Shown here piece by piece: positions 27,852 through 41,649 of a stretch of 64,000 nt of DNA. Positions within the stretch are counted from its first letter, which is position 1. Each line of letters starts with the position of its first letter. The stretch is taken from NCBI GenBank assembly GCA_965287045.1, contig OZ336885.1:62248001-62312000 (forward strand). The letters are read 5' to 3'. Position numbers and translations under genes: made by a program. Under the pieces are notes generated by a model, which did no database searches, was not told the DNA's origin, and worked only from the letters and a program-made list of their open reading frames with translations. Origin of the DNA: Carcharhinus amblyrhynchos (taxonomy: Eukaryota).

Positions 27852-29822
27852 TGCTCATGTATCCATTTCTCATTATGAAAATGCACTTGCTGATTGCTCT
27901 TTTACATTTATCAGAAATGAATTCAGCTGACATAGCTTCTGGTCGAAACCCTAAAGAATCCGTTTGGAACATGTATAAGTTTGAGTGATGGTTAACGAAA
28001 CCTACTCCAGTAGTTGCAGTTCCATTGATGTAGGAAGGAGAAAGTGTTGGGATGAGTTTCAAAAAAAAAGTTGAAAACTGTTCTAATATGTTGTTGATGA
28101 TTGGTGCTTAATTTCCGTTGAATACACTTGCAGTGTGTCATTTGAACCTATAGATACCAAGTTGTGCAGTGGAAGAGATTTCTCAATTTGTTGTGCATTT
28201 TCCATGTAATCAAATTTTAGCTTCGAATTGTATTGCACGTCTCAAGATTTTTCCTGTTGATGAGGATATCTTCTGTTACGTTATCCTGTTTAGAAATACT
28301 TAATTGACATTGTCTCCAGAATGAATCATTAGACCTGATAACCCATTCCAAAACAATTATGACAAATCAAATAACTCATTGATATCTCATCCGACGTAGA
28401 CGTACTGGCGTTGCTCGATGTGAAATCTGCCATCATCATTTTTTTTTTATTGCTGGATAGAGATGATAACCTAATCATCTCCAGTTGCAATAATTACATG
28501 TATTACGCTATCACTCCAAAATAGAGTTCAATCTTAAATATGTTTTTACAATCTGACAGGCCAGCCGGGTGCACCCATCCCAGAATCACCCAATGGGCAT
28601 TTATGCACATTCTTATGTAATGGACGACACTTTTCCAGTCGTTTTGATTTCAACCAGCAAATCTCAGACTCAGTCCAACGTTACCATTTCATTCCATAAC
28701 TCAACCGTTTATTTCTCGATTTTAACCCTGGAGGATCTTTTGTTGAGGTAACTTCCAGGAAACACAGGATATTTCATCATCGTGATCTCATAATGCTAAG
28801 CCAACAATGAAAAGCTAACGTTTGGGCGAATAACGCATCTTTTGGAATTATTGTTAAAGGAGATGAGTGAACAGCGTAGGTTGGAATGCATTTTCCATAT
28901 CTAAAGGGCAAAATGTTGAAAACAAATGTACAATTCAGTAAGGAGAACTAGAAAATATGGATGAAAACATCCCAATGGGTTGCAGGTTATCTGCGGATAT
29001 CTACAAACAAGATATTTAATTTAGTCAATGACATTGTACAATTTACCTTGCTATTTTTCTCCATTTTGAAAGCAATTGATACATGAGAATTAAAGCATGT
29101 TAGGGCCATATGCATAAATGGAAGTGATACGGCGCCCCTCTCATGTCATTAATCCACTTCATTACAACAACCCGAAATATCTCGAAAGAGGATGGTAAAT
29201 AATTCATCCTGAATATGTTTCCTTTCAACAGCGTGTCAAATTTGGGATGTTTTCTTTCTGGTGGTCTCTGATCTTCTGCAAAGTCATGTGTGCGAAGTCG
29301 AATTAGTGCCAAAGGCACCCTTCAATTGGGATAACCACATTGGTCTGGTCGTTAACGCTCTGTCAGTGAACCGAAGTAACAAGAATGCCAAGGACAAAAA
29401 TTTGAAGTCACCTCTGCAATACTATAGCTTAACTTTCGACGCATCTAACAAAATGGGTAAGTGTTCGATATTCACTCTTGTTAGCAAATGAATTCTTCTC
29501 TGCAGTTGAAATTTCAGAATGTTTATATATTTTGTTGTCAGCGAGTTTTTTTTTCTTCACAGACAGAAATTTGATGGGACAAACTGGCCTGGCAAAGCAG
29601 CATTCAGGTTAGATTAGTTCATCTCGGCTTGTGGTTCGGGAACGGAATGATGTTTCTCACGTAAGAGTTGTGACAGAATCGGGTATATGCAACACAGGAG
29701 CCATCTGTCGACACATAATTGCAATTTATGACACATTTCTTGTGGGAGCTATCATAAAGCATGCCAAATTCAATGTGTGAAATGGACTGAAGATTGAAGA
29801 ACAACCGCTTTGTGCTGGTGTT

Positions 29823-29823
<1 letters not shown>

Positions 29824-29850
<27 letters not shown>
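29824..29850. repeat. (TA)n microsatellite
   Basis: Direct observation. Confidence 0.9.
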
Positions 29851-29853
<3 letters not shown>

Positions 29854-30756
29854 CTGGAAACACCGTTTGATGCAGTCACCAGCATATGGAAATGAAATGA
29901 TTCAGGAGAGAAACCATAATTGTCTTCTTTTCTTTAACTTCCCTTAGCTGACAATTCAATTGCATCTTCGAGGAAAGACAACAGTGGCTTAAGAGGTAAT
30001 TATCAATAGCCAAATAAATTGTGTAACATAATGGAATATATGATTCTTGCATTTTGCAGCAAACGTAATTTGAGGTCAGACATTTAAAGTAACGATGAGC
30101 GAGATTAAGCGTAGAAGCTTCTCCGCCATTCAATGCGACCATGGTTTATCTTCTTTTGGCCTCTGCACGACATGTCGTCTCTTTCAAAATTACATTTCAC
30201 CCAAAAAACGAATTAAATACCTGTCTCCTCCTTACATTTACTGACTGTCCCTACATCGAGCTGACGTTTGAGGTATTAAATTAATTATTGCATGCGAATT
30301 GACTGAATTCATTTCACATGATCTATGTTTTAAAGCTTCCTAGGGCTTATGCTAAAACTACACTGTCTGTTTCGAGATTGATAGAATTGTTTCAAGGCGA
30401 AATATCCTCTCTGCATCAACCCTCGAAGACATTTTAGAATTTGATCGATCCAGATGAAAGTGTCCCTCATTTCCTACCTGGAGGGAGACAAGACTCAACC
30501 AATAGCCAATAAACACTCCAGCCATCTCTGAAATTCAATCTGGTGAGCCTTCTCTGAAATGCATCCAATACAATTACAAAATAACAGGTGTGATCTCCAA
30601 AAATATGCACAATTCTCCACATGCGCTGTTAGTAACTTTATCTACTTTTTTCGTCAAAACTCCACTACTTTCTTCCTACGTTACTTTCGCATCGAATGTC
30701 AAAATTCAGTTTTCCTTCCTCATTAACTGGTCAATGTATATACACGTTTGCTGCAT

Positions 30757-32970
30757 ATAAGGGGGATGCCGTTGTCAGCTGACCACCATTTCGCAGAAGC
30801 TAAGCGCCAACTCTCAAATAATTAATTGTTCATTTCCCTGGACCACGATCGCACCAGTGAACGTCAAGCTTTACCTTCAGCGCCGTGAGCAACCTCACTT
30901 CCTCTGGCAGCGCTCCCCCCACAGCGTTCAACCTCACATTCTCCCATTCCAGGACTGCCTGTTCTTACTTACCTCCGAAAATCCACAAAACAGTACTGCT
31001 CTGATAGGCCATTTGTGCTAGCACGTTCCTCCCCACCAAACTAATTTCCCCTTGTCTTGACTGCATCCTCACTCCACTGGTCCATTCCCTCCCCAAACAC
31101 ATCTGGGATTCCTCGGATGCTGTACGTCATATTGACAGCTTCCAGTTTGCAGGCCCTAAGCGTTTCCTATTCACCACAGATGTGCAATCGCTCTACACCT
31201 CCATCCTACACGACGATGACCTGAGGGTTTTTCCCTTCTTTTTTTTTGAAAAAGAAGCCTGAAGAATTCCCATCCAAAACCAGTCTCCTCCGCCTGGCCA
31301 AACGTATTTTTCTCTGAAGAACTTCGCCTGTAACTCATCTCTCTTCGTCCAAATCAAAGGCGAAGCATTGCGTACCCGCTAGTTCCAAGATACGTTTGTC
31401 TTTTTTCTCATGGGGTGCGGGAAACATTGCTTGTTTGAGGCCTCCGCTCCCACAGCTCCTTTAATAGTACATCAGTTATTATCTTGGTGCTGATTCATGC
31501 ACCTATCCGCACCTGGGGAAAAAAAAATCAACTTTCCTTCCAGTTTCCACCCATCTAGCACCTTCAACTGGTTCATCTCAGACACCTGCCTTCCCTTCCT
31601 TGACATTTCTGCCTCCATTTCTGGCAACATTCTTTCTATGAATACTCTTTAAAAGCACAATTCCACCTGGAGGTATCTGGACCACATTTATCGCATCCTT
31701 TATCCTCTGAATATTCCTTAACCCTTTCCCTCAGCTCCTTTGCATCTGTCACATTTGTTCAGCCGATATCAATATCCAAAGTGATGCATCTGATATATGC
31801 TCTTTCCACAACCATGGTTTCCCACTACAGTGGTAGACAGGGTTCTGAACAGCAGGCGATCCATTTCCTGCGCTCCGACCCTCAGCCCCTCCCCTGCCTC
31901 CCAAAACAACGATAAAGTCCCCATTGTTCTCGCATTTCACCCAATCAACCGCTGCATGCGAAGCATAACCCTCCACCATTTTTGCCTAAACTAGTGTGAT
32001 GCCACTTTCAAACGCGCCTTCACTTCTCTCCCTCAATCAGAATTCCACAGAGAGTATTCCATCCAACATAACATAATTCAGTCCTCCACTATAAATAACA
32101 ACTGTCGCATTACCCATGGTATTTTCCCATTGAATCGCAAAAGTTATAATAAATGCTCCTTTACCTCTTCAATACTTATCACCCAAGTTTCAAACTATTC
32201 ATTCAAGTTGCAGCATGGGTTGCAGCTCCTTCAAATTGGCCTATTGCATTCACTGCTTCTCATATTGTCTCCTCCATATCGGAGAAACTTAACGTAGACT
32301 GGGTGATCACTTTTCTGAGCACATTTGGTCTATGCACAGTCATGACCCTGACTTCACATTTCAACACGGAATCCTCCTCCCATGCCCATATATCTGTCAT
32401 TGGTCTGCTGCAATGTTGAAGTGAAGCTCAACACATTCAGGGAAAAAAAATCATCTCACACCTTCCAGCTCGGCACATTACAGCGTTCAACAAATTCTGA
32501 TGAATGGATTTACCCCATCTCGAACCCATTCTTTTAATTTTACTTTTATTTTAACTGTTCGTCACTTTTCCTTCATTATTGGCTTTCTTCATTTTTCTTC
32601 AGGCTACAATTCCCTCCCCAGCCCCCTTATCCCCACTTTCCGTATATTTTCTCCCCTTTTGCCTCCTTCTCACCATTTTCTCAACTTTACACCTTCCACT
32701 CCATAAATCATCACTTGCCACACCTAACTCTCTGATTTCAACTTTTTTTTTTCCGATTGGTCAACCACATCTTCGAATTTACCATGGGCTTTCTTTAGCA
32801 GCCTTTCCTCCTGTTTTGTGTTTTTTTTTATATTCCTTCACCCTACAGTATAAACAACTCCCATTTTGTATGCACGTTACCTTTGACAAGGGACCTGGAC
32901 TCCAAACATCTGCTTTTTTTCTCTCTCTCCTTGCAGATGCTGCCAGACTTGGTGAGATTTTCCACCTTTT
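30757..32970 (+). mobile_element. Penelope-like element (RT + GIY-YIG), decayed
   Basis: LLPKIHK, TTDVQSLYTSI, LPFLDI and ICS motifs; GIY-YIG remnant IAFTAS...IGET near 32240-32290; CAGATGCTGCCAGAC terminal motif. Confidence 0.85.
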
Positions 32971-35059
32971 TTTCACTTTTCTTGCAAGTTTGTTGCAATT
33001 TATGCACGAGCATATCCAAAACCTCTGTAGCCGAACACTTTGACGTTTGTTTCAGTTTAGAATTAAACTGCATTTCCATTGTATTTTTCCGACCAAAATC
33101 GATAAATTCATATGTTTCAATTTCCAATTCCGTGCGTTAAATGTTGGCCCATCCAGCAATACTATTAAATTCAAAATGCAACTTTGTTTTATGATTTCAA
33201 TTCCCTATTTCGTTTTTGTTATCTACAAATGAGCTGTGCCACCTTACATCCCGGGCTTCATGTCAATAATATGCAACATAATTATTTAGTAGACCAGGAA
33301 CTAACACGATGACCCTTCACGTGATCCCCCTTGCCAACCGAAAAAAATACCCATATATCCCAAATTTCTGTGTTCTGTTTTTCACATGCTAGTAGGTTAT
33401 TCCTAACTCCACGTGATCTTACTATGTGAATTAAGTTTTAGTGTGGCACCTAGTAAAATGTCTTCAAAAAGTCCATTCTCCACCCAATATCCTGACCATT
33501 CACTTTGCTTGCAACATTTGTTGATGATTCAAGCAAATTTGTGGATCATAAATTATCATTTATATATCTATGGTCATGCTAAAGAATTGTGCATTCAAAT
33601 TCCACGTGTCACGTTATTAATTTTTTTTTCTAATAAGTTGCCAAACACAGATTGGAAACAGCTTACTCGAAATTATTCTACTTCATGTCAACCTCGCTCC
33701 GTGAATAAGAAAAATAATTGAGCAGTTACTTCCAGGTCACTGGAACATTTCCCAAAATCAGAAAAAAAAATGGAGTACTAAAACTAAGGAATCCAACATG
33801 ACTGGAAATACTTCATTTAAGACGCACAGATTTAGGGAATCAGTTCTTGAACTTGTTTGCTTTCAATCTCAAATGATCATTTAGTGCAGATTTTTGAGAT
33901 TATGATAATAATTGTTCGTATTTCCTTCGTTTCTGTTATCTGTTTTGTCTATCAATCGCGCGTTAGCCTGGTCCTGCGCTGTGAAAACTCAGGCAAATTA
34001 CTAACATTACTGTTGTCCATCAAACATTTGCAATTATCAGAAAATGTTAAAATGCAACAAAGCATGGCCGACGTTTCCTCGAAGAACCAAACTTTAGAAA
34101 TAATGTCATTTCATGTGAGTGAACACCATGCGCTGGAATGCATTTCCCCTGTTTACTGCCCACATTGCTAAAGGCAAATTCGCGGATCATCGACGGTCAG
34201 CTATCTGGAAAGATGGAAATGGATTAATACAAAAATGGGAAGAGGATAGAAATTGGAGGTGCCAAGATGATAAACTTGAGTATATCGATGAAAGAGTTCT
34301 AAAGCAGTGTAGTGGTATTTAATATGTAAGGACCTGGTGTCCAATCCTTCCGCAATCTTTTGCAATAGCCTTTGATTAAGACCAGAACACTAATGTGGAA
34401 ATCTCAATTTGAGCTCTACATTGAAATTTAAATTACAGAATGTCATGACCATTCGCCCTTAGGTGATGTTTAACTATAAGGTCATGAATTGATCCCTCCT
34501 CATTATACAACACCAAATCTCGAGCAGTTTGTTCTGTGGTTCATTTTCTCACAGAACCAATCCTCAGTGCATTCAATGTACATACATCAAAACTATCTTT
34601 CATAGCTGTTTAACTAATCTGACCACATTTTAAAATCAGCCATAATTATTGTCCTACCTTTCCTCCAAATCCCTAACAATTCCTAATCTATGATCTGCAC
34701 CGCTACAGATTTTTTTTTCCTGCTTACTATCTTTCTACCATCAGGAATGTATCATGTTTTTTGCTACTGAAATGAGACTGTATATTTTAGAAGACAACTT
34801 CAGATATATTGTTGAAGAGGAGTTGTTGTAGTATCCGGATGCACTCTGCGTCTTTCTGTCTACCAGCACCCAACTCTTTCTTCATTGCAGCATCACAATT
34901 TCTCTCACTGTCTCGAATGCCACTATTAATCTGAACTAAAGTCGTTCTGTTGTTTTCCACTGAGCTATTGCCGTGCGAGGCTTGATGATATTATTTGCAG
35001 TTCCAGCAATGCGGCGTGGAAGCTGGGTTGACAGAGAATGTTCAAGCACAAATTCTGCA

Positions 35060-35150
35060 ATTCCAGTTGAGAAGAAGCTGCGCTTCCAGCCCGCCGCCCC
35101 ACGCCCTGCCTCTGATGTTTCTCATTGGAGCGTGGTAGGGGATCCGTGTA
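35060..35150 (-). promoter_or_regulatory. GC-box/CCAAT-like patch (also at 54421-54550)
   Basis: Minus-strand CCAAT followed by GGGCGTGGGGCGGCGGG, CpG-rich in an AT-rich context. Confidence 0.3.
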
Positions 35151-37359
35151 TTCCTTTCAAATTCTGTTCAATGAGTGTGGATTTTTCTCCGAGAGTTTCT
35201 GTTTCCAAAGTTTCTCAGCCCAGCAGTAATAATAATATAAAATAACTGAATATACAGCATCAAAGTAAACATTTATTTTCATGTGCAAATTTATTCCAGA
35301 GATAGGTTCATGTAGATGGACCGCTGCACATAGGAACAACAAAGATTGAAAGTTATTAAGGATTATACATTGCAAGGTCAAAGCTTAATTTATTTGTAAG
35401 GTTAAAGTTTTTTTTAAAATATATTGTATATGTGTTCTAAGTTATATGTAAGAGGCCAGGTGAAACACGTTGTTTGCTCACCTTCGTATAAAAATCAAAT
35501 GCAGAGTTTGACGAATATTTCAAAAGTACAATAGTGTGTCTGTTATGTATCTTAACACTTCCAAAACTATTCTACATCTTGCTCTCCGGTATTTTTTAAA
35601 ACATTTTTCACCACAACATTGCTCTCTTTATTACCTACCAGATCAGCACAGCCTCAAATTGATTTGAGTTTATGCTTACGAGGTACTTAACACCTCTGGT
35701 TAAATAAATATCAAACGTCGTTTTCCGGCAATGGCCTCTCAGTGAATATCTATGAAACAATCCATGTGCCTACTTTTATCGTGTTAACTGACTTCCTTTT
35801 ATCCCCTAATGCGTCCCAAATTCTAGTTCAGAGCCTTTACACTTTATATAATGGTCATAACTCATTTCACTTGCCTGATTCACTGATGTGAAAAAATTTT
35901 GACATCTTCTGTCATTTCATTTTAATTTTTGCGAGCAATGAGACTAATCACTAACATTCAGTTCTACCCTCCCCTTAAAGGTTATTTTTCTTATTGTCAC
36001 ATGCAACTTTACTTCACCCTGACGCCCTGAATACGACACACACACACACACACACACAGGCGCACACACGAGTAAAAAAAAGAACCCTTCTATCATCAGA
36101 GTTCTGCGATTTACCTGGACGCTTGTGACAACATGATTCATTGGGAGTGCGCATGAAGGAAATGTTCGGTTGCTAATTTATCAATAAACAGAACATATTT
36201 CCCCTACGCCAACGTTTGAGGCACACATTTGCCTCCATATACATATTGACACATAGCACTTATCTCGTGGCTCATGCCAATTATCTCGTGGTTCAGACAT
36301 TATTATTGTTTTTGTTACGTTACTTAAATTAGTTCCTGGCTGCTCGCATTACTTCAGTGTAACAACAATTCATATTTTCATCCCTCTTCAGTTCTCTGAG
36401 CATCATCTTGGATGTTCTGAACACTGGCAGTGGCCGGACAATATGAACAGAATCTCTATCAGGGCCAAAGTGTATAGTGTCTATGCCTCAGGCTAACAGA
36501 TCACGAATTAAGTTATAATTCACCTTTCTAACCTGACCTGAATTCTCTCCTGCACCAGGACATAATGATTAGATTTCTGCAAGCAATGTCCACGAATCAC
36601 AAAACGTTTGGACATGGGCAAGGGTGAAGTCTCCTGGAACGCATGCCTGTGGAGCTATCTAGCTGTTTGAGTTGTAATAACTGCATCCTTCCCATGAGTA
36701 CTTGCCGAATTCGTGGTCGTTATCCCTTGTGGTTTGATTGTCTTCTGAAACATAGCATCAATTGAACTGTCTCCTTATCTGACACATCACCATATCTATG
36801 CATATGGCACCAAATCATGATTCTTAGCCATAGTCCCTCGATAATGCAACACCTGCTTAATGCCTGCTCATACGGAACCGTGATGGTGTACAAAAGTTTC
36901 ATATGTTTCACGTACAGATCGTCAACAGACCCCGAATCACTACTTTGTGATTCAATATGCACTTAAAGTTTATCCTTTTTTGTTTACTTTCTCATAAATC
37001 ATCTATTCACCTTTAATTTGACAGTAATTTAGAGAGGGCGCTTTAAATTCAGCTCATTTCAACCAATGATTTTACAATTTCCCTTTGATTGCACTCTGAT
37101 GCTGACTTCTTCGTGTCGTCTCATTGTGCCCGCCTATCTGGATCTGCAATATTTCAGGGTGGTTTTGCTCTATATTTTAGCCTGGCCTTGGAATGTCCCT
37201 ATCGAGAAAGTAGGGAACAGGAAACAGTAATATCTTCCTCCTCCACTTTGCTAAACTCCCACACTTAGCCTAACTACAGATCACCATACTCGGCTGGCAG
37301 TGTGCAGATGCAGATTCAAGTATTGAGGCTTCCATTAAAGTTCAAGGCCTCCTTTAAAA

Positions 37360-38945
37360 GATTAAGACTCAAGGGATACGAGGCCAGGTATCTAGGTAGG
37401 TGGAGAACTGGCTTGCTAAGAGGAGACAGAGAGTAGTTCGTGGAGGGGTCCTTTTCTAGATGGAGGTCTGTCACTAGTGGTGTGCCGCAGGGCTCAGTAC
37501 TGGGACCTCTTCTCTTTGTAGTGCATATAAATGACTTGGAAGAGGGTGTGATCAGCAATTTGCTGATGACACCAAGACGGCTGGATGGGCGGGCAGTGAG
37601 GAGCAGTGTCTGGCAATACAACGGGATATAGATAGGCTGGTATATTGGGCAGATATATGGCAAATGGAGTTTAATCCGGATAAATGTGAGGTGATGCACT
37701 TTGGCCGGAATCATGTAGGAGGGAGTTATATAAATAAAGGGTAAGCCCATAAGGAGTATAGAAACGCAGCGAGACCTGGGGGTGCAAGTGCACAAGTCTT
37801 TGAAGGTGGCAGTACAAGTGGAAAAGGCTGTGAAGAAAGCCTATGGTTTGTTAGCCTTTATAAGAAGTGGCATAGAATATAAGAGCTGGAGTCTAATGTT
37901 GCAATTGTATAGAACGTTGGTTCGGCCGCATTTAGAGTACTGCGTCCAGTCCTGGTTGCCTGACTACCGGGAGGACGTGGAGACTCAGGAGAGAGTGCAG
38001 AGGAGGTTTACCAGGATGTTGCCTTGTATGGAAGGACTGTGTTATGAGGAAAGATTGAGCAAATTGGGGCTGTTTTCCCTTGAAAGACGGCGACTGAGGG
38101 GGGAACTAATACAGGTGTACAAGATTATGAAGGGTGTAGTTAGAGTAAACAGAGGTAAGCTATTTCCTATATTAGAGGCGCACAGTACAAGGGGCCATGG
38201 GATTAAGGTGAGGGGGGAGACGAATAACACAGATATTAGAGGGAGGTTTTTCACACACAGGGTAGTGGGGGTATGGAATGCTCTGCCAAGTAAGGCTGTG
38301 GAGGCAGGCACGCTGGAGTTGTTTAAGAGGAACTTAGACGGACAATGAGCGGGTTGGAGATGGGAGGATATAGGAGATTGTTTTAAATAAAGCTCATTAG
38401 CAGTGGGCCGTCCCTGGTCATGTAAAGGGATATGGTATGATACTTTTTTTTTTCTCTTTTAATTCGCAGGTTTTATGTCGGTCCGCCTCGTTGTCCAACG
38501 AGGGGCATACACGCGATGGGTAGTACTTGGGCTGCTCTTGAATGTTCGAGATTGGCCCAGTGCTTCATGCCGTTAGTGTGCGCTTAAACTGGACCAGATG
38601 CTGCGCAATACGACAGCTCAGTGTCTATCACTGTTTGCTGTGCAGACACATGGATTTGGGCCTGTGTCTGTGGGAGTTTGCGCATTCTTCCCGTGCTTGC
38701 GTGGGTTTTCTCCGGGTGCTCCGGTTTCCTCTCACACCCCAAAGATGCGTTATTAGGCTGATTGGAATTAATAACTTGTCCCTAAATTAGTTTCCCTCAA
38801 TGTGGATTGCCATAAAATACAATAGATAAGGGTCATGGGTGGAAGGGGGGGTGGGGGGGAACTGGTAATGTTAAAATGGCGGCGCGGGCTCGTTGGGCCG
38901 AAGGGCCTGTTTCCCGGGCTGTTTTTGTTCTTTGCTCTTTGTTCT
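37360..38945 (+). mobile_element. CR1 LINE with composite V-SINE-containing 3' UTR; copy-A-specific insertion
   Basis: [14 protein letters not shown] and a 188-aa ORF2 C-terminus (LVRPHLEYCVQ, ERRRLRG); absent at the homologous site near 56665. Confidence 0.93.
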
Positions 38946-39239
38946 TAGTAATGACCTCAAACATTTTTGAAATACTGCTCTTAACTCTCGAAACATTCGA
39001 CAGCAATATAATGTTTATTGTTTCTTACTCTGAGACTAAAGGATATTCAACTCCGTCTGCTTAATCGTACATTTGATTCAAATGAGTTCCATGGCATTAC
39101 AGGTTAAAACAAAATATATAGAAAAACAGAAACGAATTATTGCTGCTCTGTCCACAGGGCGAGTGCTGCCAGACGGTGTGAGAGTATTTTTGGAGTGTGA
39201 CTGGGACATTTTTTTTTTTCTGTCAGGGTCATAGGAGGC

Positions 39240-39615
39240 TCTTACACAGTGCCATAATCTAACGAAGGGGACAGATCGGCAAGATAGTCCGTATCTTTGT
39301 CCAACGGTAGTGGAGTCTAAAACAAGTGGGCATAGCTTTAGGGTGAGAAGGGAGACAAGCAAAAGTGTCCAGAGGGACCATTTCTTTACACAGAGGGCGG
39401 AGAGTGTCTAGAACAAGCTATCAGAGGTAGTGGTAGGACGGGTACAATTTTGTGTTTTAAAAAACATTCAGAAAGTTGCATGGGTAAGATGCGTATTCAG
39501 GGATAAGGGCCAAATGTGGGCAATTGAGATTAGTTTAGAGGTTAAAAAGGCCGACATGGGCAAGTTGGGCCGAATGGCCCGTTTCCATTTAGTAAACGTT
39601 TATGACACTATGACA
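39240..39615 (+). mobile_element. Old CR1 3' fragment (shared with 56910-57300)
   Basis: ORF2 end plus GGGCCGAATGGCC hairpin and CTATGA repeats. Confidence 0.75.
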
Positions 39616-40169
39616 GAATGCTATGACATGTGTTTCAGAGCTGGAAAAGTTCAATGAAGAGTTAAGATCAGCGGGTACGTAGTCAATAATGTTTGCATTA
39701 CTCGTTGCAAGGAAATCGATATGTTCTTTTCATTTTTCAACGAACTTTAAGTGATTTTTACTGAGAAGGTAAGCAATTGTTCCGCAAGAATTAATCTCTA
39801 CCATCAGAATAATTTTCGAATCTGTTTATGTTCATGTTTAGATTCAGTTATTGTATTCAAAACAAATTCTGAATTAGACAGGGCATTGCATGTAACAATA
39901 AGAACAGTTCAATCTGAAGCACAGTAAAACGATATGATTTTGTCCGGCCGATTGGCAGAGTCCCTGTGAATGACACACTCAATCTAACAGTCAATGTGAA
40001 GGAGGCCCGTCCTATGAAAGTGAAGCACAGCATGAAGATGGGAACAGATAACCGTTCAGTATATTGAAGTGCATGGCCTGATTATTTTAAATTTCATTGC
40101 GAGTGCCATGTCGAACAGATGAATAGAAATGGTCAATCTGCAGTTTCACAATATGCGCAAACTTGTATA

Positions 40170-40812
40170 AACTTGACGTTTATAGCGAGGGGGATAGTAT
40201 ATAAAAGTAAGAAGTCTTGCTACGACTGTACAGGTTACTGGTGAGGTCGCATCTGGGGTACTGCGTGCTGTTTTGGTCGCCGCACTTGCGGAAGGATATA
40301 TTGGCCTTCGAGGGAGTGCAGAAGAGATTAACTAAGCTGACACGGGAGATGAGGGAGTTGGACTATGAAGAGAGACTAAAGTGACTCGGTCTGTGCTCGT
40401 TGGAGTTTAGAAGGATGAGGGGGGGATCTTATAGAGCCGTGTATGCTAATGAAGGGGATGGATAGTGTAGAGTTAGAGAACTTCTTCCCGCTTAGAAAAG
40501 TTAACAGGGCTAGAGGGCACAGCCTCAAGATAAGGGGCGGCGGGCAGTTTAGATCGGAGTTGAGGAGGAACATCTTCACTCAAAGAGTGGTGAATTTCTG
40601 GAATTCTGTGCCGGTTGAAGTGGTGGAGGCTACCTCGCTAAAAAATATTTAAGTCACGGGGAGATAGGTTTTCGATAGCCAAGGGAATTAAGGGTTATGG
40701 GGAGAAAGCGGAAAAGTGGAACTGATCCACTTCAGATCTTATTGAATGGCCGGGCAGGCTCGAAGGGCTAGATGGCCTACTCCTGCTCCTTTTTCTTATG
40801 ACGTTATGTTCT
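40170..40812 (+). mobile_element. CR1 3' fragment, copy-A-specific
   Basis: ORF2 C-terminus and TTCTTATG tail; empty site near 57910; TAAAC on both sides. Confidence 0.9.
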
Positions 40813-41649
40813 TAAACGAGCTACTAAACAGAACAAGGTACCTTTGACATAAGCCGAAACAGCACGTGTGGTTCGCCGGATGGAAAAAAAAATCTGTAGA
40901 ATGATCAAAATCACTTGTCAACTGGGGAGTTCAGGTATATCCATCCCACTGCACTGCGATTGCGAAAGCGTACAGGTTGTGCATTGGCGGGGGAGATGAG
41001 ATTATAAAGTGCCGTCCTAGGCAGAAAATACCAAAAATAACAACAACTAATAGACTTTCAGTTTTTGGATCAAAGTTCAGACAGCCAGATTGGAGTGCTG
41101 AATCTGCGATTGGATGGGTACTGAGCGTTCTGGGATGGCGGGAGCGGCGTTGGTTTATTAAGAATGATTAACACCAGTGACGTTAATGAACATTGGAGAT
41201 GCTAAATAAGAGTGATACTTTTTTTTTCCCGGAAATTAACAAGTAGGCTCTTGAAGGTAGTTCTAATGAACTTACAAATCTATCTGTGAATTATTGAACG
41301 GAAAGTATATGGCATATTAAGAACAATTCGTCAATTGTTGACAAGGACATATTTATAGATGTGTCGATTTTCTGAGTGGTTACGGTAATGGTCCTTTAAT
41401 TGGGCATGTATTCTTAAATGTTGGGATTTATTTAGTAGAAAGTATGGTTAAATGTGTAATGTGATGTACAACAATGCAGTTGCCACTTGAACGACCACGA
41501 AACGCTAATGCTTTTTTTTATATTACAAGCAGCTCTGTGATATGTTGAACGTCTAAAGTTAGCAATTCAATTTAAGCAGCTTTGGGCCGATTTAGCACGA
41601 GCGTGATTTGGTGTGTAAGTGAAGAATGACTGAACAAAAAGTAACATAC

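Noticed and set aside
29100-29505. Minus-strand exon model for the conserved block
   Set aside because: Stops in all minus-strand frames across copies, while conserved splice sites lie on the + strand
29640-29710. Intronic C/D snoRNA (GAS5-like host gene)
   Set aside because: ATGATGT is not a canonical C box, there is no D box or terminal stem, and the motif is absent in unit 0
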